Below, in pieces: positions 49,400 to 60,601 of a stretch of DNA of 64,000 bases. The position numbers were made by a program, and so were the translations under genes. The notes under the pieces were generated by a model that ran no database searches, had not been told where the DNA came from, and saw nothing but the letters and a program-made list of their open reading frames with translations. Numbering within the stretch: the first letter of the stretch is position 1; the number at the start of each line of letters is the position of its first letter. The stretch is from Schmidtea polychroa (Eukaryota): contig CM097886.1 in assembly GCA_044892525.1 (NCBI GenBank), positions 129,518,001 to 129,582,000 of the forward strand, read 5' to 3'.

Positions 49400-51634
49400 T
49401 TATTTTAAAAAAATATTTCATAAAAATTAACATAAAAAATTATTTCATTAAAATTTCCATTAAAAACACCTTTAAAAAATTTTACATTTAAAATTAACTT
49501 AAAAAAATTTCCATTTAAATTTTCAATAAAAATTACATATCTCTAAAATGTTGGTAATAAATTTTGATAATAAATTTAAAAATCTTACTTTAATTTGCTT
49601 CTTTAAAAATTATTTCTTTAATTTACTTAATTTAACTTTAATTTAATTTTTAAGAACATCGATTACTTAATTAACTTTAATTTGGACTTTAATTTACCTA
49701 TTTATCCTTGTATTACTTAATTTAACATCATAATTTAATTAACAGCTAAATATAACCCTTATTTTCATATTTATCCAATAATTTCATGTGGTCATTGATT
49801 TATCCACAGAGATTTGCATCTAAAATTAACATTGAAAATCCCAGAAAAACTTTCATCTTAAATTGACTTTAACTTTAATATTTTAGATCATTGATTACTT
49901 ATTTTAAAAATTAAATATTAATTTACCTATTTAGCCAATAATTTCATGTGGTCATCTGGTCGTAAGTACATGATATCTAGTTGACAGTGCTTTGTACTTG
50001 ATATCTTGTACTTGGTAGCAGGTATCTGGTAGAAGTTTGTAAATACTTAGTACTTGGTTGATAATGCTTAATACCTGGTAGTTGTCGGTTGTGAGTATAT
50101 GGTATCTGGTAACTGGTTGTTATTATCTAATTGTAGGTATCTGGTTGTAAATACGTGTTCGTAAGTTACTGGTAGATGATACTAAATTGTTAGTATCTTG
50201 TACTTGGTAGTTGGTATCTGATTGTTGGTTTGTTGTTCAATTATTATTATTAAATATAATTATTAAAGTTTGTCTTTGAAAAATATTCCATAAAAATTTC
50301 CATTAAAAATTACTTAAAAAATTATTCCATAGAAATTTCCATTAAAAATTATCTTAAAAAATTTTATTTCTCAGAAGCTCTTGGTTATTCAAACTTTTTG
50401 TTAATAAATTTAAAAATCTTACTTTAATTTAATTATTTAAAAATTATTACTTTAATTTACTTATTTAACTATAATTTAAAATTTTTGGCCATTGATTATT
50501 TAATTTTAAAATTTATTATATAAGTTTTTCATTATATAATTTTTAGAACCTTAATTTACTATAATTCAAAAATTTTAGACCATTGATTAGTTTAATTAAC
50601 TTATTTAAACCATAATTTACTTTAATTTTAAATTTTAGACCATAGTTAACTTATTTGAACCCATTGATTACTTTAATTTAATATTTAGAGTCTAAATATT
50701 AAATTAAAGTAATCAATGGGTTCAAATAAGTTAATTATGGTCTAAGATTAAAAATTAAAGTAAATTATGGTCTAAATTAGGTAATTAAATTTTAGACCCA
50801 TCATTTACTTTAATTTAAAATTTGAACCTTAATTTACTTATTTCAGCCAATTCATTACTTTAATTTAAAATTTTAGACCATAATTTACTTTAATTTTTAA
50901 TTTTAAACCTTAATTTACTTATTTGAGCCCATTGATTACTTTAAATTTTAAATTTTAAACTTTAATTTACTTTAATTCAAAAATCTGAACCTTAATTTAC
51001 TTTAATTCAAAATTTTAGACCATAATTCAATTTTTAGGCCCATAATTTACTATAATTCAAATATTTGAGCCCGTAATTTACTGTAATTCAATTTTATTCT
51101 TAATTTACCATGCTTTTTCAGTGTAAACTATCATTTTGTATTGAAATTCTCAGGACCAAAGAGACCCACCTTAATTTACTTGAAAATTTCATGCTTTTTT
51201 AGTGATAATTGAATTTTGTATTGAAAATCACAGGACCAAGGAGACCCTCTCACTATAGTTTGAAAAATACTTGGCTTTTTGTATTGAAAAAAAATTTTTG
51301 TATTGAAAATCTCAGGACCATGGAGACCCCCTCACTTTAGTCTGAATAATCATTGGATTTTTTAGTGTAGACTACCTTTTTCTATTGAAAACTATCTTTT
51401 TGTATTGAAAATCCCAGGACTATGGATACCCCCTCGCTATAGTCTGAATAATCCATGCTTTTCTATTGAAGACCGCCTTTTTGTATTGAAAATCCCAGGA
51501 CAAAGGTGACCCCCTCACTATAGTTTGAAAAAAAAATTTTTGTACTGAAAATCCCTGAAAGCAAAAAAAGTAAGTTGGAACAATTACGTAATCAAAAGTT
51601 GGAAGTTGTTCCAGTGATGCCCTAACTACCTACT
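49400..51634 (+). repeat. Repeat-rich putative right terminal region of the Polinton: AT-rich tandem arrays, a palindrome, ~80-bp repeats and the terminus TAACTACCTACT
   Basis: ~30-bp AATTTTAGACCATAATTTACTTT units (50450-51100), TATCTGGT/TACTTGGT motifs (49960-50230) and GTATTGAAAATCCCAGGAC units (51130-51560). Confidence 0.7.
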
Positions 51635-54600
51635 CAATAAATTATATAGGAATAAAGTTTTCCCACTAGGTCCTACAACTTGATATACAGCATCATTTCT
51701 TAATTCCATATTAATTAAATTAATTTATCTAATTTGGTTATAATTAGAATCATATAAAATAATTATAAATAACATCAATTATGCTTAGTAGATGGAATGA
51801 AGATACTGGCAAGCAAACCCCGGCATGTTGTGGACAGAAGTTGAAAATATCCAATCTTATTATTCAGGAGCAGGCAATGTTCATGTTGGATAATTGGAAC
51901 CAATAATTGGAACCAATAATTGAAACCAATAAAGGAAGATGATCTCAAGTATCAGATTAAAGACTTACAAATTCAGTCAGTTACAGTAACCTTAGATAAT
52001 GTTACTTCTATTGATTTGCATATGGTGTCTGTGAAAGCTACTATAAACCAAAAATATTTGTGACTACTCAAGTACAATTCTTTATGTGTCAATGTTTTTG
52101 CAATCGGAAAAGTAGTGATAATAGGTATTGAAACCATGAATTACTATAACCAGGTTCAAGAAATATACATTTTTATCAAATCTATGATTTATATTCCAAC
52201 AACTGACGACAAAATTCTCGAATTTTTATTAAGTACAGAATGAGTTAGTTTCGTTGATTAATTTCGTTATTGATTCTGAATGTCCATATAATACATCACT
52301 CTGTTTGCCATCTTCTAAACTCCATACAATCATTATATGCTTTTCCATTTTGAAATTAATAAACGAATTTTTAAAACCTTTGTATTTTCAAAACAATCAC
52401 AAAACTTACCAAATTTAAACAACTGATATAAATAAAAAAAATAAAACTTGAAAAACTGACATCTCCAAAAAAATTCGAATATTAAACTCGACAATTGTCC
52501 GCGTCTGTGTGCGCACACAAATCAATCCAAATGTCAAAGCCAAAACAACGCGTACAGACGCGAAACACAATCTCACAATTCACCAATATGTATATCTTTT
52601 ATGTTGTTAGTTTTTGGTACACAGTATCCGATTAATTTTTCGTTGAGTTTTCAAAAAAAAATATTAAATTTGGTGTTTCTGACTCCACATGTTTTATAAA
52701 AACAATTAGACAATCAATACTCAACGTATATATGTATTCAAATTCGTATAATCCACATTCTACCAAACTCTGAATATTGCAATAAAGTATCTATTCGGAC
52801 TATTCGATAAGTCTCGCTGTAACCGCTTTGGTTCTGCACGTTCTACAATATATATGACCTCTTTTATTAATTCCTTTGACTTAATTTGATGTTTTCTTTT
52901 CTGTTCCGTTAATTCTATCTTATGATTTTAAAAATTTTCCTTTTACCTACAGTTGTTTTTTTCGTCCCTACCTGAGGCAAAATGCCAGTTTTTTCTAAAT
53001 TTGAGTTCCTTTATATAGTTAAAATACTCGCATTGATTAATGGCGTTTCTCTATTTGACAATCTTTGCCTGGCAGCCTTTTTCATTTTCTCGTTGTTGAA
53101 GGAAATAGTTAATTGTTCCACCTTGCATCTTCCCTGTGATAATCTTTTTTTGTTTTCCCATTACTCATGCTGCCATGATAATAGTTTTTCAACTTCAACT
53201 TTGTTTATTTCTCTTTATTTTCTGTTTTGTACGTTTCCTTGCATTTCGACCCTTTTTGAACTTAATCCGATAAATCCATCCTTGCCATGATCTTCCGCGT
53301 CATCTAATTGCATCTGACTCGTTTTTCAAATTTTAATTCGATGATTTGTTGATCTCTTGATTTTGAATTTTCCAATATTCTTTTTTTAATTACATAATTT
53401 AAAATTTAACAACCATAACATTTGTATTATCACTATTATTTTTTAATTATTCAAAATTTGCGAGAAATTTCCTACATTTGGGTAGTTGGATTCGAATTTG
53501 AATCACTGACTAATTATGTATATATGAAATTGGTAGGTAACTTTCGTAATCTAATGTTTATTTGCATACACGTACTCGTTTCAAGTGGCTTCACGAAAAA
53601 CTGCCGATTACGCAAAACAATGGTATTCAAACAGAAAGTAAGAAATGGGTAGTGGGCATAGCCCAGTTAAGGATCACGCAAAAACTTTCATTGACAGCAT
53701 GAAAGAAGCTTGACGTGTTATCCGTAAACATCGGCCTTATCCTCACGACAATCATGGCTACACCCACAACACCCACACTACCTAAACGTTTTCAAACAAA
53801 GAAATATTTAACCAATGCACTCGAAACAATTTAAGTAGTTTTCAAATATCGCAAAACTAATTGATATTGTTAGATGTGTCTCCCGCAACCCTGGGGTGCG
53901 GGTACCCCCAATTAAGAATTACTGCTGTACACTTTTTAAACTGAAAAGTGATAGAGTTCGGTGTATATACACGACTGACACGTTTACAACACAAAAACAG
54001 ATTGATCAAATTTTAGAATTAAACTAGTGCGCATTTTTCAACTTAACATGCATATATTGTACTTACTAAAAACATTCGGTTTAAGAGCAATTGTAGAGTT
54101 TGCATTGTGTTCAATTTGTTTTAATCATCACATTTTAATGTTTATTACACAAAATATATGAATAGTGTTTTTTGTTGAATTTAAAAGTATCACATTTAAG
54201 AAATCAAAGGAAATCTCCCGCCATATTAGGTTAGAAAAATCTTTGATAACTCTGTTTCATAACACGGACTTCTTGTGGAAAACGGTGTCTATGTTCATTT
54301 CATTGGAAGAAGAGCCAAAGACAATTGCAATATGTCTTTTTTTTGAAAACATATTTTTCATTCATTTTAACCTTATAAATGCGAATTTTTAAATTTATTT
54401 GTACACTTTTTTGAAAAGTTGCAATGAATAAGGCATTTCCAATCGTCCCCCTCATTCGTAGACAAAATTTGTCCATGACATATATTTGTTGCACCTTGCA
54501 TTTCTTAAAATATTGATAGGCATTAACAGCACCACAATAACGATTTAAATAGTTATCTTTAAGCACTCAGAGTTTTGGTAAAGAATTTTGAAATAATTTT

Positions 54601-56094
54601 TTGTCTGAAAATAAATATTTTTTCTATCTTTTTTGCTACAAAAATAATTAAACTGTCAAAAATTAAAATTTCAATTGATACAATTTTATAATGAGAATAC
54701 AAATGCAAAATGCAAAATTTACTTAATGAAAATTTGTGTTTATTTATTTATTTTTAATTCAGAATTTTCATTGTTTCTAATAATCTGACATTCATGTTGT
54801 TTCTCATTAGCTGTCAACTGATTTTTATTAGTAATAATAGTAATAATAATAATCATAATAATCATAAAAGCAAAAGGCTTAAATTATCNNNNNNNNNNNN
54901 NNNNNNNNNNNNNNNNNNNNNNNNNNNNNNNNNNNNNNNNNNNNNNNNNNNNNNNNNNNNNNNNNNNNNNNNNNNNNNNNNNNNNNNNNNNNNNNNNNNN
55001 NNNNNNNNNNNNNNNNNNNNNNNNNNNNNNNNNNNNNNNNNNNNNNNNNNNNNAAATTATCATTTTATTGTTTTAAATAATAAATGCTGCTANNNNNNNN
55101 NNNNNNNNNNNNNNNNNNNNNNNNNNNNNNNNNNNNNNNNNNNNNNNNNNNNNNNNNNNNNNNNNNNNNNNNNNNNNNNNNNNNNNNNNNNNNNNNNNNN
55201 NNNNNNNNNNNNNNNNNNNNNNNNNNNNNNNNNNNNNNNNNNNNNNNNNNNNNNNNNNNNNAATATCAAAAGATGTACGAAGTATTTTAAATGGCTTATA
55301 AATCAAAGAGTAAGCAAACTAATAAAAAATGCAATCAATATTGAGATTCAACTAATTAAAAGTAATTGTCCAGGTGTAAAAAAAAGGGTTAACGAACGAA
55401 CATTCAAAAAGTGAATATTTATTTCGCGTCTATGATATTATTAAAGAATCGCCGTAAAATTCATAAGCGTGGCGATAAACAACAAAAAACAAAAATCAAA
55501 GATAATGAGATGGTAACAATAAAAGAGCAAATAGAATTGGAAACATATGAATGAATTGATTAAAATGAATTGCAAGAATTGCCGCTACCAAATAATTTTT
55601 CATAGCTTCCAATTACTTCGATGAATGAACACTTTGAATCTCTTTGGGAAGATGAATAATATATGCTGCAGCGACTATTGCGAGCAAGTAATTATTTTAT
55701 AATATTTTATTATTGTTGAGTGTGACTAGTACCCTTGCAACCAGTACCCATAGGGGTCAAAATATATTGTCGGATACCTTGCTTAGTTGTTCTGCGCGCT
55801 ACGATTCTGCGCTCAATAGTCGGAGTGCCATATATATTGCAATACATTTTTTGTTTCAAACTTTTAATTGAATTTGAATTCTGATTTTAAATAATATTTA
55901 AATGTTTCATGATTTTCATGTTTTTTAAAATGCAGCCTTTTCCTAAATATTTTTCTATTTTTTTGATACGTTACGCTTGATTGGGAAAAGGGTTGTGGCA
56001 TTCTGTTTCGATTTGTCACAATATGGTGTGCGGGGCAAAAGGCCTAGTTTTAGCGTTACATAACAAACGAACGTTTCCTTATTGAAAAATAATA

Positions 56095-56331
56095 CTCCCT
56101 CTGTTCAAAAACGATAGTCCAATTGCATTTTAGCCTTTTTCCAAAAATGATTGTCAATAGAGAATATAGAAAATTGAACTGTTTTGTAAAACCTTTTACA
56201 GTAAAAACACAATAAATAATTTTATTTTATTGATTGAACAAATAACAAAACTACATTTTAAGTATCACTGTTACGTATAAAAGAATTACGATTTAAAGTC
56301 AAATTGGACTATCATTTTTGGACAGAGGGAG
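56095..56331. mobile_element. Stowaway-like (Tc1/mariner) MITE
   Basis: TA|CTCCCTCTGTTCAAAAACGATAGTCCAATT ... AATTGGACTATCATTTTTGGACAGAGGGAG|TA: 30-bp TIRs with 2 mismatches. Confidence 0.9.
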
Positions 56332-56538
56332 TAATAATTATTATTTTATACTAACAATTTTAATAATTGTTTTGATTAATTATATTTAATTGATCTAAAT
56401 TCCAATTTCGAAAATGATATAATTTCAGTATTTTCAAGATTTATTTATTCGAAATAATCATAATTTATAAAATTGAAATGAAAAATGTTGTTAATCAAAA
56501 TGAATTAAATGTACTATTTAAATGTTATGAACATATTT

Positions 56539-59500
56539 TTATCGAATCTGTAGGCTCATGAATATTACACAAAGCGCTCCCAATAAAATGTTTTCATTGG
56601 ACTTTACACTTGATCCTTTTTTGAATGAGGTGTAGATTTGTCTTTTATCAGAATCCGGAATGATTGGTCTAAAATTGTCCTCCATTTTCCCAGAATTTGG
56701 CGGCTCGAACTCAAATTTGCGGAAAACTTCCAACTTAAACATTAATTCAATTTTTAAATTTTATTATTAACATTTTAATGATGACATGCAATAATGATTC
56801 TTATCTTAACGACTTTATCCGCAAACCAGTGTTTTTTTCTGACGGAACGGCGTTCCGGCACCTTTTCCGCTGAATTATTTTAAAAAATTGACATGTTTTG
56901 GTTTTTTGTCATATTTCTATTTCTGACATTTCAAATAGTCAATTACAATCATATTAAAAGTAGTAGTCGTACTGTAGTCGTACGCCAAAGCGAGTAAATC
57001 ATAACTCCATGCTTCATATGTGTTATTAATATTATATAAAACACGCTCACGGTAAATATACGCCATTAATATACTACGTCATTAAAATCGTTTCCTGTCG
57101 TCGGCGTTGTAAATTCACATTGTAAAATAATCAATATATTTAAAATTTCAAAAAATCGAATTATAAAATAAATTTAATACTTATAAAATTAGTACATTTG
57201 TGAAAATGAAAAAAGTCATCAGCTATTTTTCAGCTTGCATATAAAGGATAGTACAGATACGTTCCGGCACCTTTTTTTCCAGAAAAAAAGCACTGTCGCA
57301 AACAATATATTTTTATAGTAATATTACCATTGATAGTTCTAGAAAGAGATAATTTAATGTGGGGAGAAAATCCTCCTAGGATTATAATAATTACTATTAG
57401 CTATTGTGAATTTCGAATTGATCCATGTCTGGAATAGCTATTTTTGTTTTCATCATAAAGGTTATTGTTTTGTGGTATGTAGGTATTGTAAATTCTTTCC
57501 CGTTGAGATAATATTTAAAATAGTTTGTAAAATAATATATTACTATAACTTTCTTACTATCAGAAATGAAATATTTCTTTTGAAAATATCAATATTTGAC
57601 ACTGAAAAAAACTCAAATATATTGTGTGTTTAACCCATTAACGCCCAAAAGAAAACTACACGTAATCTAAGAGGTCTAGCGGTTTCATCTATATAATAAA
57701 ATACATATGAATAAAGTAGTGAGATATCTATTGTTGAAATGAGTCACTACTTCCAGGGAAATTATTATAGAAAAACATGAAGTCACGCCTTTAACAAGTG
57801 TACCCATATGAGTGCAGTGGATGGGTTAGGGTTAAATAATATTGTAAAAGATATAGCTTTATTTTTGAATTAAATTACTGGACAATTGTTATTTTATGAA
57901 CATTATAAATACGAAATCCACGATAGCTAATCTACATCCTGTTCTCCTCTAAGTCAGGTGTAGTACAAAAGATTATCAAAAACAAATGGACCCTTATTCA
58001 AAAACCTATAGGCTGGATTACAAACTTCCATTTTATATTTTATATTGAATTCTAAATTGAATGTGCAAAATGCTGTGACCACTTGTGTTTTGAATCTTTT
58101 TAAATTGTGTTGGTTTTAAATGAAGGGTATGTGAATTAAAATATTTTAAATATATTAAAAATATTAGAGATTGTTTTTCAAAATCAAAATTTAAATTATT
58201 ACAAAATTTTGTTAAAGTTTTTAAATATATTTTTTGAAAATAGAGTAAATTTTTTTGATTTATTTTACCCTCTTGAAAACCTGATATCTCAATAAAAAAT
58301 GATGTTTGGTGAAGGTCAGTAAGTTATTTGACAGTGATATCCTCAAAGACAAAGGTCCCACAATATTTGAAGAATTTATTTGAAATAAATTATTAATTTT
58401 CTACATAAATTCCGAATATTTGTAAAACAAATTATTGTCATTTGAAATGTGCCGATTCCTTGGATCAAATTTGAAGGATAAGAAATAATTCTGAAAGATA
58501 TCCTGGAATGTGTGAATGGAAAAATGAGTGAAACTTTGAATTTTTAAAAGTTAAAAAAAAGATTTTAAAAAGATTTATTTAAGGTAGAGAAGCATTATTA
58601 GATGTAATCATTCAAGCGGGGTTAATTATAAATAATTAATCAATTACTTGAGATTCATCAATAGTTAGCTCTTCGTTTAGTACTGTCCATCTAACGTTTT
58701 CCGTACACGGAGGGGTCGTCAATGAGCCATCATATTGATAATACTTATCCAAATTTTTTGGTAGAATTTCCTTCACTGAAATCTCGGTAATATTTATATT
58801 TGAGACATTTGTGGAGATCATTTTTTTCATGTCCGGGATAATTTTGTCAATTAATAAATTTTTCTCACCGATCTGTAAAAGAAAAGGATAGAGTTCAAGT
58901 TAGGGAGAATCATTAAACTTTGACACTTACTTTATAGAGAATACCAATAACATACAAACCTTCTGGACTCGATTTTGAATCATTATAAGAATCGTATTTG
59001 GCACAATTATATGACACAAGGTGACCCTAGGTAATAATATTATAAACTGATGAATTTTAGTATACTTCGATTGGATATTGCTTCCCATTTACAAAGTGTT
59101 CTGATCCGACATTACTCTTTGATCCCCAATGCCAATGAATAGAGTAAGGTCTCAAGCATTCTCCTCCTCCAAAAGATATATTCCAACTATTCTTAAAGTT
59201 TAAGTAAACTAAATGATATTGCTCAGTCCAGGAAAAATGTTTGCAAGAGTAACTAACTAGAGGTCCCATGTATTTTGAGGGTGGAAAAGTCAGAATTATT
59301 GTTAATTTGTATTATTTCAATCGTGTGTAAATCTTTCTTATAAACAGCACGTCCTGTCACGATATCAATCGGTGATTGTCGACTCCCGTTGCATGTTCTG
59401 AAATAATAAATGCAGATTAATAAATATTTCATAACAGTTATTATTGGATTCAAGTTTCAGAAAAAAAATTTATTTCAAAATTATAAATTTCAAAATAAAT

Positions 59501-59685
59501 TTACGGATTAATATCTTTCCAGTTCGAGGGGCCTTTGATGTCATTGGTTGAATTGTAGCCCCACCCTACGGTGGCTGAACAAATCTCATCTCAATTTGTT
59601 ACAAATGAAATTGTAATTCACCTGAAGCATTTGTGATCTTTGGAACTAGAGATGTGACAAGAAATATAAATAAAAATGATTTCAT
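56539..59685 (-). CDS. Alpha-carbonic anhydrase CA3; complement(join(56539..56733,58648..58872,58931..59026,59066..59208,59258..59397,59505..59574,59622..59685)), 310 aa
   Basis: Signal peptide MKSFLFIFLVTSLVPKITNA; WGY..GPSNW, CNGSRQSPIDI, HWHWG, GSEH, IEGHLV, YDGSLTTPPC, DNFRP; tail ILLGALCVIFMSL. All GT-AG; exon sizes 140, 143+96 and 225 match CA1. Confidence 0.92.
56827..57295. mobile_element. hAT-type MITE in the last intron of CA3
   Basis: TIRs CAGTGTTTTTTTCTG / CAGAAAAAAAGCACTG; TSD CCGCAAAC / TCGCAAAC (7 of 8); internal direct repeat CGTTCCGGCACCTTTT. Confidence 0.85.
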
Positions 59686-59765
59686 TTTGTTTGAATTTTT
59701 TATGAAAGAAACGAGTAGTCTCAATATAAATATTATGAAATTTCTAAAATTATCATCAATGGCGT

Positions 59766-59773
59766 CTGATTGG
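59766..59773 (-). promoter_or_regulatory. Candidate CCAAT (NF-Y) box for CA3
   Basis: AACCAATCAG on the minus strand, ~85 bp upstream of the CA3 ATG, in a small GC-richer island. Confidence 0.3.
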
Positions 59774-59874
59774 TTGGAATAAATGTTTCAAATAATCAAG
59801 CATGCTCATAAGTTGTCAATGTCAAAAGTAAAATTCATTATTAAATTTAAAATAATATTACTAATATTATTAAT

Positions 59875-59877
<3 letters not shown>

Positions 59878-59942
<65 letters not shown>
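59878..59942. repeat. (TTA)n microsatellite
   Basis: Directly visible. Confidence 0.95.
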
Positions 59943-59946
<4 letters not shown>

Positions 59947-60340
59947 TAGCAAAAATATGATCTTTCATTACACTCAAAAATTTGATATTATAAATTATGT
60001 CTAATAAATGTTTGTATGAAGCTTCGTGAGATATTACGCAACGGAAACTAGTAAGCACAAAAGAATTGAAAAAGTCATTTGCGTCTTTTAAATAAGTTCA
60101 TTAATTCGAAACGTAATGTAAGAGTCTGTATTTAATTTATTTCGACGAAATTTTATCCGCCTTAATAACCTTAAAGATTATTTTAAAGATTCACAAGCAT
60201 GAGATTTTTTTATAAAAATAGAATTTATAAAATAAATGTATTACTTTTTCATTATTATTATAATGATAATCATCATTTTTCTTCTTATTATTACTATTTG
60301 TGCTGGTCACAATATCAGAATTTTCACACAAATTTTTTTA

Positions 60341-60601
60341 ATTATTTATAAGATATTGAAATATTAAAAATTAAATATTATATTAAGTAATTAAAAAATA
60401 TTTGTTTATCTATACACCTTAATTTTAAATTTTCTGAAATTCAAAAATCATCTTCTTCTGATGATTCGATTTCTTCAGCAACTTCAGTGATGTTTTGAAT
60501 TTGTTTTTTGAATTTCGGAAAATAAAATTAAGGTGTATAGATAAATAAATATATTTTAATTACTTAAAATAATATTTAATATTTAATATCTTATAAATAA
60601 T
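60341..60601. repeat. AT-rich foldback element, ~90-bp arms
   Basis: ATTATTTATAAGATATT..TTTATCTATACACCTTAATTTT pairs with AAAATTAAGGTGTATAGATAAA..AATATCTTATAAATAAT. Confidence 0.75.

Noticed and set aside
51780-53400. Coding-like composition with broken frames
   Set aside because: No recognisable domain; left unannotated.
58380-58510. Candidate last exon of CA3 just after exon 6
   Set aside because: It lacks the NFRP motif. The exon at 56733-56539 has DNFRP and the hydrophobic tail.
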